DNA of 32,000 bases from an uncultured Actinomycetota bacterium (GTDB taxonomy: Bacteria > Actinomycetota > Actinomycetes > Mycobacteriales > Mycobacteriaceae). Position 1 is the stretch's first letter. Each line of letters begins with the position of its first letter. The position numbers and the translations under genes were made by a program. Shown here piece after piece: positions 16,481 through 26,835 of this stretch. Under the pieces are notes generated by a model. The model was given only the letters and a program-made list of their open reading frames with translations. It was not told the origin of the DNA and ran no database searches. The stretch lies in contig CAVZTC010000009.1 of the NCBI GenBank assembly GCA_963778135.1, forward strand, positions 1,231,826 to 1,263,825, read 5' to 3'.

Positions 16481-19400
16481 GCGCAGACACGGTTGCGCGT
16501 CAGCCGCTGGTGGCTGGTGAGAGGCCGGCGGTGGTGCCGTTGTCGTTTGCCCAGCAGCGGTTGTGGTTTTTGAATCGGTTCGAGGGCGGGGTCGCCACCT
16601 ACAACATCCCGGTCGCGTTTCGGGTGAGCGGGGCGCTGGATGTCGAGGCGTTCGGTGTGGCGCTCGATGATGTGATCGCCCGTCATGAGTCGCTGCGCAC
16701 CGTGTTTCCCGATCGGGAGGGTGTGCCGGTCCAGCAGGTGATACCGGCGTCGGCGGGGTTGTGGCGGCGCGGTGGTGCCGCGGTGCTGGCGGTGCCGGAG
16801 GCCGAGGTGGTCGCGGAGTTGGTGGGGTTGGCCGGGTATCGGTTTGATTTGGCCGGCGAGGTCCCGATCCGCGCGCAGATCTATGCGCTGGGCCCCGAGC
16901 AGTATGTGGTGGGGATGGTGGTGCACCACATCGCGTTTGATGGGTGGTCGCTGGCCCCGATGGTGCGTGATGTGGCCCAGGCGTACGCGGCGCGCTGCCA
17001 GGGCGGCGCCCCGGGTTGGGCGCCGTTGCCGGTGCAGTATGTCGATTACACGTTGTGGCAACGGCAGTGCTTGGGCGAGGAGTCTGATCCGCACAGTGCG
17101 ATCGCCGCGCAGTTGGCCTACTGGCGCCAGGAGTTGGCGGGGCTGCCGCAGGTGGTGTCGCTGCCCACCGATCGGCCCCGTCCGGCGGTAGCCAGTTACC
17201 GCGGTGATGCGGTGGCGCTGGTCATTGAGGCGCCGGTGTGGGCGGGGGTCAAGGCGCTGGCCGCCGAGCACAACGCGACGCCCTCGATGGTGTTGCAGGC
17301 GGTCATGGCGGTGGTGTTGGCCAAGGCCGGGGTCGGTTCGGATGTGGTGATGGGTTCGGTGATCGCCGGGCGTTTGGATGAGGCGCTCGATGATCTGGTC
17401 GGGTTTTTCGTCAACACCTGGGTGTTGCGGGTCGGTGTCGAGGCCGGCGACCGGTTCGGTGAGGTGTTGGCGCGGGTGCGCGACAAGGCGCTGAATGCCT
17501 ACACCCATCAGGAGATTCCGTTTGAGTTGCTGGTGGAGCGGCTCAACCCGGTGCGTTCAGCGGCGCATCATCCGCTGTTTCAGGTGTGCATGGTGCTCCA
17601 GAACAATGCGCTCCCCGAGCAGATTGCGCTGGACGGGGTCGCCGTTGAGCCGCTGGCGACGTCCACCCACACCGCCAGGTTCGACCTGGACATCCAGCTG
17701 TGGGAGGTGCCCACCGGGGATCCGGGGGTGTCGATGGCCGCCGGTGCGGTGACCTATGCCACGGATTTGTTTGACCGGGCCAGCATCGAGCGGTTGGTCG
17801 GCTGGTTCGCGCGGGTCCTGCAAGCGGTCATCGCCAATGCCTTGGTGCCCGTCGCAGAGGTGTCGTTGCTGGATGCCGGTGAGCGTGATCGGGTGCTGTC
17901 CGACTGGTCTGGCGCCCAGGTGGAGGCGCCGGTAGGGGTGGCGCCGGCGTTGCTGGCTGCCGCGGTGGCCGCTGACCCGGACGCGGTGGCGGTCATCGAC
18001 GGCGACCGGCAGCTGTCGTATCGCGAGCTTGATGAGTGCTCGACGCGGTGGGCTCGGGTGCTGATCGAGACCGGGGTGGGTCCCGAGCGCGCAGTGGGTG
18101 TGGCGACGGGTCGGTCTGTGGAGTTGGTGGTCGCCTGGTGGGCGGTGGCCAAGGCCGGCGGGACCTATGTGCCGGTGGATCCGACCCATCCGGTGGCGCG
18201 GGTCGCAGCGGTATTGGATGCGGTGAGCGCGGAGTGTGTGTTGACCTGTGGTGTCGACACCATGGCCGCGGCCGGGGCCCGCCCGGTGCTGCGCATGGAT
18301 GTTTCAGACGCCCTGGACGTGTCCGCGCGTTCCGCGGAACCGATCACCGATGCCGAGCGGCTGGCGCCGCTGACGGTGGACAACTCCGCGTATGTGATCT
18401 TCACGTCCGGGTCTACCGGTGTCCCCAAGGGGGTGGCGGTCAGCCACGCCGGTCTGCTCGGGCTGGCCGCCGCGCTACGGGCGGTGTTCGAGGTGGATGC
18501 CGGTGCGCGGATCCTGATGGTGGCCGCACCGACCTTCGATGCCTCGATTAGCGAGATGTTGGTGGCGGTGGAGTCGGGGGCGGCGCTGGTGGTGGCGCCG
18601 CCGGAGGTGTATGCCGGTGCGGCGTTGACCGCGTTGCTGGCCGAGCAGCGGGTCAACGCCGCGAAATTGACCCCGTCGGTGCTGGCGACGCTGGATCGGG
18701 CCCGACTGGGCGGATTGGGCACCGTGGTCGTCGCCGGTGAGGCGTGCCCGGCGGAGTTGGTGCACACCTGGGTGCCGGGCCGGCGGATGGTCAACGCCTA
18801 CGGCCCCACCGAGGCCACCGTCTGGGCGACCTGTGCACGACTCGTGGCGGGCCAGCCCGTTACCATCGGCGCTCCGCTTGCGGGGGCGTGCGCGCTGGTG
18901 CTCGATTCCCGACTGAATCCGGCCCCGATCGCGGTGGTGGGCGAGTTGTATCTGGCCGGGCCCGGTCTGGCCCGCGGTTATGTGGGCCGGGCGGGGTTGA
19001 CCGCGGAACGCTTTGTAGCCAATCCTTTCGGGGGTGCCGTTGGCCAGAACGGGACGCCGGGAACACGGATGTATCGCACCGGGGACCTGGTGCGCTGGAC
19101 CCCGGCCGGTGACCTGGAGTACCTGGGTCGCGCTGATGCCCAGATCAAACTGCGTGGGCAGCGTATCGAGTTGGGTGAGATCGAAAACACCCTGTTGGCG
19201 TGCCCTCAGGTCAGCCAGGCCGCCGCGGCCGTGCATCACAGCGATACCGGTTCTGCGCTGGTCGCCTACATCACTGTGGAGGACACCGCCAGCCCCGATC
19301 ACGACGCCGAAAGCCTCGAAGAGTGGCAACACCTGCATGACGAGCTGTATGGCGCTGAGCTAGCCCAGGTCCCTGGGGTCCCGGGGGTCCCTGGGGTCCC

Positions 19401-22400
19401 TGGGGTCAATGGGATCGAGGCGCCGGGGTTCGGGATGGACTTTCGGGGCTGGAACAGCAGCTTTACCGGTGATCCGATTCCGCTGGAGGAGATGCTGGAG
19501 TGGCGTTCGGCCACGGTGGATCGGATCTTGGCCTTGGGGCCGCGGCGGGTGTTGGAGATCGGGGTGGGCAGCGGACTGCTGTTGTCGCAGATCGCCCCGC
19601 ACTGCGAACGCTATGTCGGCACCGATGTGTCGGGCGTGGTCATCGACAACATGGCCGGCGCGCTGCAGCGCCAGGGCCAGTGGCGGGATCGCGTCGAGTT
19701 ACACGCCCAGCCCGCTCACCTGGCTGAGGCGTTGCCGCGCGGCTATTTCGACACCATCATCGTCAACTCGGTCGTCCAGTACTTCCCGCACGCGGGGTAT
19801 CTGACCGAGGTCCTCGACACCGCGCTGGATTTGTTGGCCCCGGGTGGGGCGGTGTTTATCGGCGATGTGCGCAACCACGGCCTGGCCGCCGCGTTCTACA
19901 CCGCGGTCGTGTTGGCCGGTGCCGCCAGGTCAGAAACCTCGGATGCTATCGAGGCTGCCGAGATCAGTCAGCGGGTGCAGCGCGCGATGCTCGGCGAATC
20001 CGAATTGTTGTTGGCGCCGGAGTTTTTCACCGGTTGGGCCGGGGGTCAGGCGGTGGTGGCCGGGGTCGATATCGAAGTCAAGCGGGGATCGGCTGATAAC
20101 GAACTGACCCGGTATCGCTACGACGTCGTCATTCACACGGCCCCCACCGGGGTGTGTTCGCTGGCCACCGCGCCGGTGTGGGCGTGGGCCGACTGTGCGG
20201 GTCTGGACGGGCTGGGCGCCCGGTTGCAGTCCGGGCCTCGTACCGCGGTGCGCGTTACCGCCATCCCGGCCAGGGGGCTGTTCACCGACGTGCGTCGGCA
20301 CGCCGCCGTCGACGCCGCGGTGGCCGCGGGGGTTGCGCTGGGCGAGGTACTCGCCGACACCGACACTGGGGTCCCCCTGGCGGTGACCACTGAGCAGCTG
20401 CATCGCCTGGGTGAGGCCAGCGGGTATCGCGTCGCGGTCACCTGGGGTGCCCAGCCCGGCACGTTGGACGCGGTTTTCCTGGCTGCCACCGAGGCGGATG
20501 GTGAGCCCATGGCGGCGTTGACCGATATCTACCTGCCCGCGGCCGGGGATCGGCCGTACGCCAATGATCCGCAGATCACCGCCAAAGTCGGCGCGGTGCG
20601 GGCGCGGTTGAGTGCGTGGTTGCCCGAGTACATGGTGCCGGCGCACCTTGTGGTGCTTGACCAGTTTCCGTTGACGTCGTCGGGCAAGCTCGACCGTAAC
20701 GCGTTGCCGGCGCCGGTGTTTGACGCGAAACCGTTCCGGGCGCCGGCGACGCGGACCGAGGAGATCGTGGCCGGGGTGTTCGCGCAGGTGCTGGGCCTGG
20801 GTCGGGTCGGGCGCGACGACGACTTCTTTGCCCTGGGTGGGGATTCGTTGAGCGCCACTCGGGTGGCCGCGCGGTTGCAGGTCGCGGCGGGCAGTCAGGT
20901 GTCGGTGCGGTCGTTGTTCGAGGCGTCCACCGTCGCGTCGCTGGCCGAGTATCTGGGCCGCGATGGCGGTGGGCCGGTGCGCCCGCCGTTGGCGGTGATG
21001 ACGCGTCCGGCGGTGGTGCCGTTGTCGTTTGCCCAGCAGCGGTTGTGGTTCCTGGACCGGTTGGAGGGCGGGGTCGCCACCTACAACATTCCGGTCGCGT
21101 TTCGGGTGAGCGGGGCGCTGGATGTCGAGGCGTTCGGTGCGGCGCTCGATGATGTGATCGCCCGCCATGAGTCGCTGCGCACCGTGTTTCCCGATCGGGA
21201 GGGTGTGCCGGTCCAGCAGGTGATACCGGCGTCGGCGGGGTTGTGGCGGCGCGGGGGTGCCGCGGTGGCGGCGGTGCCGCACGACGAGGTGGCCGCGGAG
21301 TTGGTGGGGTTGGCCGGGTATCGGTTTGATTTGGCCGGCGAGGTCCCGATCCGCGCGCAGATCTATGCGCTGGGCCCCGAGCAGTATGTGGTGGGCATGG
21401 TGGTGCACCACATCGCGTGTGATGGGTGGTCGCTGGTCCCGATGGTGCGTGATGTGGCCCAGGCGTACGCGGCGCGCTGCCAGGGCGGCGCCCCGGGGTG
21501 GGCGGCGTTGCCGGTGCAGTATGTCGATTACACGTTGTGGCAACGGCGGTGGTTGGGCGAGGAGTCTGATCGGCACAGTGTGATCGCCGCGCAGTTGGCC
21601 TATTGGCGCCAGGAGTTGGCGGGGCTGCCGCAGGTGGCGTCGCTGCCCAGCGATCGGCCGCGTCCGGCGGTGCCCAGTTACCGCGGTGATGCGGTGGCGC
21701 TGGTTATTGAGGCGCCGGTGTGGGCGGGGGTCACGGCGCTGGCGGCGGCGCACAACGCGACGGCGTCGATGGTGTTGCAGGCGGTCATGGCGGTGGTGTT
21801 GGCCCGGGCCGGGGCCGGCGACGACATCGTGTTGGGTTCGGTGATTGCCGGGCGGTTGGATGAGGCGCTCGATGATCTGGTCGGGTTTTTCGTCAATACG
21901 TGGGTGTTGCGGGTCGGTGTGGAGGCCGGCGACCGGTTCGGTGAGGTGTTGGCGCGGGTGCGGCGCAAGGCGCTGGATGCCTACACCCATCAGGAGATTC
22001 CGTTTGAGTTGCTGGTGGAGCGGCTCAACCCGGTGCGTTCAGCGGCGCATCATCCGCTGTTTCAGGTGTGCATGGTGTTCCAGAACAATGCGCGCCCCGA
22101 GCAGGTCGCGCTGGACGGGGTCGCGGTGGAGCCGTTGGCGACGTCGACCCGGACCGCCAAGTTCGACCTGGATTTCCAGCTCAGCGAAATGCCCACCGGC
22201 GATCCGGGGGTGTCGATGGCCGCCGGGGTGGTGACCTATGCCACGGATTTGTTTGACCGGGCCAGCATCGAGCGGTTGGTCGGCTGGTTCGGGCGGGTGT
22301 TGGAGGCGGTGATCGCTGATGCCTCGGTGGTGGTCGGCGACGTGGCGTTGCTGGATGCCGGTGAGCGCGCCCGCCTGGATGGGTGGGGCAACCGCGCGGT

Positions 22401-25400
22401 GTTGACCCGGCCGGCCCCGACACCGGTGTCGATTCCGGTGCTGTGGGCCGCCCAAGTCGCGCGCATCCCTGAGGCGGTGGCGGTGACGTTCGAGGACCGC
22501 TGCATGACGTACCGGGAGCTTGATCAGGCCGCTAACCGGCTGGCGCATCTGTTGGTCGCCCAGGGTGTGGGTCCGGGACAGTGTGTGGTGCTGCTGTTTA
22601 GCCGTTCCATCGAGGCGATTGCGGCGATGTTGGCGGTGCTGAAGACGGGGGCGGCGTATTTGGCGATCGATCCGGGTCTGCCGGCGGCCCGGATCGGGGT
22701 GATCGTTGCCGATGCTGCGCCGATCGCCGCGGTGAGCACCGCCGGGCTGGCCGAGCGCCTCGACGGGTGTGTGCTGGTCATCGATGTCGGTGATATCTGG
22801 GCCCCCGCTGGTGACAGCCACCCGGTCGCCGCGTTGGCGCCACCGGCCGGTGAGGACATCGCGTACATCATTTACACCTCGGGGACTACTGGTGCGCCCA
22901 AGGGTGTGGCTGTGGCTCACCGCAACGTGACCCAGCTGTTGGAGGCGCTGGATGGCGAGGTGCCGCGTGCGGGGGTGTGGACGCAGTGTCATTCGTTGGC
23001 GTTCGACTTTTCGGTGTGGGAGATCTGGGGTGCGCTGCTCGGTGGCGGGCGGTTGGTGGTGGTCTCGGAGTTGGTGGCCCGCTCACCGGAGGACTTCCAT
23101 GCCTTATTGGTCGCTGAACGGGTCAGCGTTTTAAGTCGGACCCCGTCGGCGTTTTATACGTTGCCGGCCCCTGATGCGCTGGGGTCTGGGCGGGCAGATC
23201 AGCTGGCGGTTGAGGTTGTGGTGTTCGGCGGGGAAGCGCTGCAACCGCAGCGTTTGGGGTCGTGGCTGGATCATCCGGGATCGCCGCGGCTGATCAACAT
23301 GTATGGCATCACCGAGACGACGGTGCATGCGTCGGTGCGCGAGATCGGGATCGGTGATGTCACCAGCATCGCCAGTCCTATTGGGGTGCCGTTGGCGCAT
23401 CTTGGGTTTTTTGTGCTGGACGGGCGGCTCAATCCGGTGCCGGTGGGTGTGGTGGGGGAGTTGTATGTCGCCGGGTCGGGGTTGGCGTATGGGTATGTGC
23501 GCCGGGCCGGGTTGAGCGGGTCGCGGTTTGTGGCGTGTCCGTTCGGGAGTCCGGGGGCGTCGGGAACGCGGATGTATCGCACTGGGGACGTGGTGCGCTG
23601 GACTGCCCGGGGTGAGCTGGAGTACCTGGGTCGTGCTGATGAGCAGGTCAAACTGCGCGGGTATCGCATCGAGTTGGGGGAGATCGAAAACACCTTGTTG
23701 GCGTGTCCGCAGGTCAGCGGGGCCGCCGCCGCGGTGTATCACAGCGACACCGGTTCGCAGCTGGTCGCCTACATCACCGTCGGCGACACCGCCGGCTCCG
23801 AGCGTGACACCGAAAGCGTCGAAGAGTGGCACGAGCTGTATGACGAGTTGTATGGCGCTGAGCTAGCCCAGGTCCCTGGGGTTGAGGCGCCGGGGTTCGG
23901 GATGGACTTTCGGGGTTGGAACAGCAGCTTTACCGGTGATCCGATTCCGCTGGAGGAGATGATCGAGTGGCGTTCGGCCACGGTGGATCGGATCATGGCC
24001 CTACAACCGCGGCGGGTGTTGGAGATCGGGGTGGGCACCGGACTGCTGTTGTCGCAGATCGCCCCGCACTGCGATCACTATGTCGGCACCGATATGTCGG
24101 GCGTGGTCATCGAGAACCTGGCCCACGCGGTAGAGAGTCAGGGCCAGTGGCGCGATCGTGTCGAGTTGCGCGCCCAGCCCGCTCACCTGGCTGAGGGGTT
24201 GCCGCGCGGCTATTTCGACACCATCATCGTCAACTCGGTCGTCCAGTACTTCCCGCACGCGGGGTATCTGACCGAGGTCCTCGACACCGCGCTGGATTTG
24301 TTGGCCCCGGGTGGGGCGGTGTTTATCGGCGATGTGCGCAACCACGGCCTGGCCGCCGCGTTCTACACCGCGGTCGTGTTGGCCGGTGCCGCTAGGTCAG
24401 AAACCTCGGATGCTATCGAGGCTGCCGAGATCAGTCAGCGGGTGCAGCGCGCGATGCTCGGCGAATCCGAGTTGTTGTTGGCGCCGGAGTTTTTCACCGG
24501 TTGGGCCGGGGGTCAGGCGGTGGTGGCCGGGGTCGATATCGAAGTCAAGCGGGGATCGGCTGACAACGAACTGACCCGGTATCGCTACGACGTCGTCATT
24601 CACACGGCCCCTACCGGGGTGTGTTCGGTGGCCACCGCGCCGGTGTGGGCGTGGGCCGACTGCGCGGGTCTGGACGGGCTGGGCGCCCGGTTGCAGTCCG
24701 GGCCTCGTACCGCGGTGCGGGTGACCGCCATCCCGGCCAGGGGGCTGTTCACCGACGTGCGTCGGCACGCCGCCGTCGACGCCGCGGTGGCTGCGGGGGT
24801 TGCGCTGGGCGAGGTACTCGCCGACACCGACACTGGGGTCCCCCTGGCGGTGACCGCTGAGCAGCTGCATCGCCTGGGTGAGGCCAGCGGGTATCGCGTC
24901 GCGGTCACCTGGGGTGCCCAGCCCGGCACGTTGGACGCGGTTTTCCTGGCTGCCACTGAGGCGGATGGTGAGCCCATGGCGGCGTTGACCGATATCTACC
25001 TGCCCCCGGCGGGGGCCGGAGACCGGGCGCACGCCAATGATCCGCAGATCACCGCCAAAGTCGGCGCGGTGCGGGCGCGGTTGAGTGCGTGGTTGCCCGA
25101 GTACATGGTGCCGGCGCACCTTGTGGTGCTCGAGGCGTTCCCGGTGACGTCGTCGGGCAAGCTCGACCGTAAAGCCCTGCCGGCGCCGGTGTTGGACGCG
25201 AAACCGTTCCGGGCCCCGGCGACGCGGACTGAGGAGATCGTGGCCGCGGTGTTCGCGCAGGTGCTGGGCCTGGGTCGGGTCGGGCGCGACGACGATTTCT
25301 TTGCCCTGGGTGGGGATTCGTTGAGCGCCACTCGGGTGGCCGCGCGGCTGCAGGTGGGGTCGGGCAGACGGGTGTCGGTGCGGTCGTTGTTTGAGGCGCC

Positions 25401-26835
25401 CACGGTGGCTGGTCTGGCTGAGTATCTGGGCCGGGAGGGTCAGGGGCCGGTGCGTCCGCCGTTGGCGGTGATGACGCGCCCGGCGGTGGTGCCGTTGTCG
25501 TTTGCTCAGCAGCGGTTGTGGTTTTTGAACCGGTTGGAGGGCGGGGTCGCCACCTACAACATCCCGGTCGCGTTTCGGGTCAGCGGGGCGCTGGATGTCG
25601 AGGCGTTCGGCGCGGCGCTCGATGATGTGATCGCCCGCCACGAGTCGCTGCGCACCGTGTTTCCCGATGAGGACGGTGTGCCGGTTCAGCAGGTGATACC
25701 GGCGGGGGTGGGGTTGTGGCGGCGCGGAGGTGCCGCGGTGGAGGCGGTGCCGGAGGCCGAGGTGGTCGCGGAGTTGGTGGGGTTGGCCGGGTATCGGTTT
25801 AATTTGGCCGGCGAGGTCCCAATTCGGGCGCAGATCTATGCGGTGGGCCCCGAGCAGTACGTGGTGGGGATCGTGGTGCACCACATCGCTATTGATGGGT
25901 GGTCGCTGGCCCCGATGGTGCGTGATGTGGCCCAGGCGTACGCGGCGCGCTGCCACGGTGTGGCCCCGGGGTGGGCGCCGTTGGCGGTGCAGTATGTCGA
26001 TTACACGTTGTGGCAACGGCAGTGGTTGGGCGAGGAGTCTGATCCGCGCAGTGTGATCGCCGCGCAGTTGGCGTATTGGCGCCAGGAGTTGGCCGGTGTG
26101 CCCCAGGTGGTGTCGCTGCCCAGCGATCGGCCGCGCCCGGCGGTCGTCAGTTACCGCGGTGATGCGGTGGCGCTGCGTATCGAGGCGCCGGTGTGGGCGG
26201 GGGTCAAGGCGCTGGCCGCCGCGCACAACGCGACGGTCTCGATGGTGTTGCAGGCGGTCGTGGCGGTGGTGCTGGCCCGCGGCGGGGCCGGTGACGACAT
26301 CGTGTTGGGTTCGGTGATCGCCGGGCGGTTGGATGAGGCGCTCGATGATCTGGTCGGGTTTTTCGTCAACACGTGGGTGTTGCGGGTCGGCGTGCACCCC
26401 GCAGACCAGTTCGGTGAGGTGTTGGCGCGGGTGCGACGCAAGGCGCTGGATGCCTACACCCATCAGGAGATTCCGTTTGAGTTGCTGGTGGAGCGGCTCA
26501 ACCCGGTGCGCTCAGCGGCGCATCATCCGCTGTTTCAGGTGTGCATGATTTTCCAGAACAATGCGCGGCCCGAGGCGGCGCTGCAGGGCGTCGCGGTGGG
26601 AGCCGCTGGAGATGTCGACCCGGACCGCCAAGTTCGACCTGGATATCGAGCTGGGCGAGGTGGATACCGGCGATCCGGGGGTGTCGATGGCCGCCGGGTT
26701 CGTGTCGTATGCCACGGATTTGTTCGACCGGGCCAGCATCGAGCGGTTGGTCGGCTGGTTCGGGCGGGTCCTGCAGGCGGTCATCGCCGACCCGTCGGTG
26801 GTGGTCGGCGACGTGGCGTTGCTGGATGCCGCTGA
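15550..26835 (+). CDS. NRPS segment 2 (rest of A1-T1, modules 2 and 3, most of C4); meaningful translation runs ~15529-26598
   Basis: 3761-aa ORF containing [36 protein letters not shown], three [11 protein letters not shown] carrier motifs, three HHIAxDGWS condensation motifs and two embedded methyltransferases. After ...GVAV at 26598 the ORF turns into an Arg/Gly-rich tail, while the +1 frame continues with [15 protein letters not shown]. Confidence 0.9.
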   Translation: MTVIAGGEVCSTDLVARYADAGSFINSYGPTEASVDLTMTGPLAADCGTPPIGYPVSWAGLFVLDGWLRRAPLGAVGELYAAGRGVAYGYWGRSRETASRFVACPFGGVGERMYRTGDLVWWGADGQLRYAGRADEQVKIRGYRIELGEVRAALAQLAGVEQAVVIAREDRPGDRRLVGYVTGTADPAAVRSVLAERLPVYMVPAAVVVVEALPSTPNGKLDVRALPAPDFGDVDRYHAPATPVEEILAGIFARVLGLARVGVEDSFFELGGDSLSAMRLIAVVNKSLGAGLSVRTVFEEPTIAGLARHLGADTVARQPLVAGERPAVVPLSFAQQRLWFLNRFEGGVATYNIPVAFRVSGALDVEAFGVALDDVIARHESLRTVFPDREGVPVQQVIPASAGLWRRGGAAVLAVPEAEVVAELVGLAGYRFDLAGEVPIRAQIYALGPEQYVVGMVVHHIAFDGWSLAPMVRDVAQAYAARCQGGAPGWAPLPVQYVDYTLWQRQCLGEESDPHSAIAAQLAYWRQELAGLPQVVSLPTDRPRPAVASYRGDAVALVIEAPVWAGVKALAAEHNATPSMVLQAVMAVVLAKAGVGSDVVMGSVIAGRLDEALDDLVGFFVNTWVLRVGVEAGDRFGEVLARVRDKALNAYTHQEIPFELLVERLNPVRSAAHHPLFQVCMVLQNNALPEQIALDGVAVEPLATSTHTARFDLDIQLWEVPTGDPGVSMAAGAVTYATDLFDRASIERLVGWFARVLQAVIANALVPVAEVSLLDAGERDRVLSDWSGAQVEAPVGVAPALLAAAVAADPDAVAVIDGDRQLSYRELDECSTRWARVLIETGVGPERAVGVATGRSVELVVAWWAVAKAGGTYVPVDPTHPVARVAAVLDAVSAECVLTCGVDTMAAAGARPVLRMDVSDALDVSARSAEPITDAERLAPLTVDNSAYVIFTSGSTGVPKGVAVSHAGLLGLAAALRAVFEVDAGARILMVAAPTFDASISEMLVAVESGAALVVAPPEVYAGAALTALLAEQRVNAAKLTPSVLATLDRARLGGLGTVVVAGEACPAELVHTWVPGRRMVNAYGPTEATVWATCARLVAGQPVTIGAPLAGACALVLDSRLNPAPIAVVGELYLAGPGLARGYVGRAGLTAERFVANPFGGAVGQNGTPGTRMYRTGDLVRWTPAGDLEYLGRADAQIKLRGQRIELGEIENTLLACPQVSQAAAAVHHSDTGSALVAYITVEDTASPDHDAESLEEWQHLHDELYGAELAQVPGVPGVPGVPGVNGIEAPGFGMDFRGWNSSFTGDPIPLEEMLEWRSATVDRILALGPRRVLEIGVGSGLLLSQIAPHCERYVGTDVSGVVIDNMAGALQRQGQWRDRVELHAQPAHLAEALPRGYFDTIIVNSVVQYFPHAGYLTEVLDTALDLLAPGGAVFIGDVRNHGLAAAFYTAVVLAGAARSETSDAIEAAEISQRVQRAMLGESELLLAPEFFTGWAGGQAVVAGVDIEVKRGSADNELTRYRYDVVIHTAPTGVCSLATAPVWAWADCAGLDGLGARLQSGPRTAVRVTAIPARGLFTDVRRHAAVDAAVAAGVALGEVLADTDTGVPLAVTTEQLHRLGEASGYRVAVTWGAQPGTLDAVFLAATEADGEPMAALTDIYLPAAGDRPYANDPQITAKVGAVRARLSAWLPEYMVPAHLVVLDQFPLTSSGKLDRNALPAPVFDAKPFRAPATRTEEIVAGVFAQVLGLGRVGRDDDFFALGGDSLSATRVAARLQVAAGSQVSVRSLFEASTVASLAEYLGRDGGGPVRPPLAVMTRPAVVPLSFAQQRLWFLDRLEGGVATYNIPVAFRVSGALDVEAFGAALDDVIARHESLRTVFPDREGVPVQQVIPASAGLWRRGGAAVAAVPHDEVAAELVGLAGYRFDLAGEVPIRAQIYALGPEQYVVGMVVHHIACDGWSLVPMVRDVAQAYAARCQGGAPGWAALPVQYVDYTLWQRRWLGEESDRHSVIAAQLAYWRQELAGLPQVASLPSDRPRPAVPSYRGDAVALVIEAPVWAGVTALAAAHNATASMVLQAVMAVVLARAGAGDDIVLGSVIAGRLDEALDDLVGFFVNTWVLRVGVEAGDRFGEVLARVRRKALDAYTHQEIPFELLVERLNPVRSAAHHPLFQVCMVFQNNARPEQVALDGVAVEPLATSTRTAKFDLDFQLSEMPTGDPGVSMAAGVVTYATDLFDRASIERLVGWFGRVLEAVIADASVVVGDVALLDAGERARLDGWGNRAVLTRPAPTPVSIPVLWAAQVARIPEAVAVTFEDRCMTYRELDQAANRLAHLLVAQGVGPGQCVVLLFSRSIEAIAAMLAVLKTGAAYLAIDPGLPAARIGVIVADAAPIAAVSTAGLAERLDGCVLVIDVGDIWAPAGDSHPVAALAPPAGEDIAYIIYTSGTTGAPKGVAVAHRNVTQLLEALDGEVPRAGVWTQCHSLAFDFSVWEIWGALLGGGRLVVVSELVARSPEDFHALLVAERVSVLSRTPSAFYTLPAPDALGSGRADQLAVEVVVFGGEALQPQRLGSWLDHPGSPRLINMYGITETTVHASVREIGIGDVTSIASPIGVPLAHLGFFVLDGRLNPVPVGVVGELYVAGSGLAYGYVRRAGLSGSRFVACPFGSPGASGTRMYRTGDVVRWTARGELEYLGRADEQVKLRGYRIELGEIENTLLACPQVSGAAAAVYHSDTGSQLVAYITVGDTAGSERDTESVEEWHELYDELYGAELAQVPGVEAPGFGMDFRGWNSSFTGDPIPLEEMIEWRSATVDRIMALQPRRVLEIGVGTGLLLSQIAPHCDHYVGTDMSGVVIENLAHAVESQGQWRDRVELRAQPAHLAEGLPRGYFDTIIVNSVVQYFPHAGYLTEVLDTALDLLAPGGAVFIGDVRNHGLAAAFYTAVVLAGAARSETSDAIEAAEISQRVQRAMLGESELLLAPEFFTGWAGGQAVVAGVDIEVKRGSADNELTRYRYDVVIHTAPTGVCSVATAPVWAWADCAGLDGLGARLQSGPRTAVRVTAIPARGLFTDVRRHAAVDAAVAAGVALGEVLADTDTGVPLAVTAEQLHRLGEASGYRVAVTWGAQPGTLDAVFLAATEADGEPMAALTDIYLPPAGAGDRAHANDPQITAKVGAVRARLSAWLPEYMVPAHLVVLEAFPVTSSGKLDRKALPAPVLDAKPFRAPATRTEEIVAAVFAQVLGLGRVGRDDDFFALGGDSLSATRVAARLQVGSGRRVSVRSLFEAPTVAGLAEYLGREGQGPVRPPLAVMTRPAVVPLSFAQQRLWFLNRLEGGVATYNIPVAFRVSGALDVEAFGAALDDVIARHESLRTVFPDEDGVPVQQVIPAGVGLWRRGGAAVEAVPEAEVVAELVGLAGYRFNLAGEVPIRAQIYAVGPEQYVVGIVVHHIAIDGWSLAPMVRDVAQAYAARCHGVAPGWAPLAVQYVDYTLWQRQWLGEESDPRSVIAAQLAYWRQELAGVPQVVSLPSDRPRPAVVSYRGDAVALRIEAPVWAGVKALAAAHNATVSMVLQAVVAVVLARGGAGDDIVLGSVIAGRLDEALDDLVGFFVNTWVLRVGVHPADQFGEVLARVRRKALDAYTHQEIPFELLVERLNPVRSAAHHPLFQVCMIFQNNARPEAALQGVAVGAAGDVDPDRQVRPGYRAGRGGYRRSGGVDGRRVRVVCHGFVRPGQHRAVGRLVRAGPAGGHRRPVGGGRRRGVAGCR
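19330..20566 (+). other. embedded SAM-dependent N-methyltransferase domain MT2 (inserted between A-domain core motifs A8 and A9/A10)
   Basis: [17 protein letters not shown] is the SAM-binding motif I (VLExGxGxG). [15 protein letters not shown] matches the NRPS N-MT core motif NELSxYRYxAV. The domain is flanked upstream by [20 protein letters not shown] (A8) and downstream by LPEYMVP...SSGKLDR (A9/A10). Confidence 0.85.
19369..19413 (+). repeat. in-frame 9-bp tandem repeat, 4 good copies plus 1 degenerate, encoding (VPG)n
   Basis: The repeat reads GTCCCTGGG GTCCCGGGG GTCCCTGGG GTCCCTGGG GTCAATGGG and encodes [15 protein letters not shown]. The paralogous site in module 3 (about 23868-23880) has a single VPG; [11 protein letters not shown] there corresponds to [23 protein letters not shown] here. 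Confidence 0.9.
19417..22360. repeat. ~2.9-kb direct repeat, copy a (MT2-A2 tail-T2-C3)
   Basis: Matches 23884-26835 at offset 4467. The offset grows to 4473 after a 6-nt indel near 20540/25010 and to 4474 after the extra G at 26598-26600. The antisense ORFs 19930..21990 and 24397..26463 in the track are near-identical. Confidence 0.85.
20962..23832. repeat. 2.87-kb direct repeat, copy 1 (T2-C3 linker, C3, A3 core)
   Basis: Matches 28706-31576 at a constant offset of 7744 nt. By hand I counted roughly 30 mismatches, nearly all in the first ~900 bp. In the supplied track the antisense ORF translations 22039..22992 and 29783..30736 are letter-for-letter identical. Confidence 0.9.
21003..25430 (+). 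other. NRPS module 3: C3-A3(interrupted by MT3)-T3
   Basis: C3 spans ~21003-22340 (HHIACDG at 21406-21426). The A3 core spans ~22375-23832 ([41 protein letters not shown]). MT3 spans ~23833-25038. The A3 tail runs to ~25190. T3 spans ~25210-25430. Confidence 0.85.
23833..25038 (+). other. embedded SAM-dependent N-methyltransferase domain MT3
   Basis: [17 protein letters not shown] and [15 protein letters not shown] are present. Over most of its length it differs from MT2 by only two residues (the stretch [21 protein letters not shown]...ALTDIYLP). Confidence 0.85.
23884..26835. repeat. ~2.9-kb direct repeat, copy b (MT3-A3 tail-T3-C4)
   Basis: See copy a. Confidence 0.85.

Larger units (their letters stand above)
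16531..20960 (+). other. NRPS module 2: C2-A2(interrupted by MT2)-T2
   Basis: C2 spans ~16531-17870 ([11 protein letters not shown]; HHIAFDG at 16924-16944). The A2 core spans ~17930-19320 ([58 protein letters not shown]). MT2 spans ~19330-20566. The A2 tail spans ~20567-20720 ([26 protein letters not shown]). T2 spans ~20740-20960. Confidence 0.85.
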
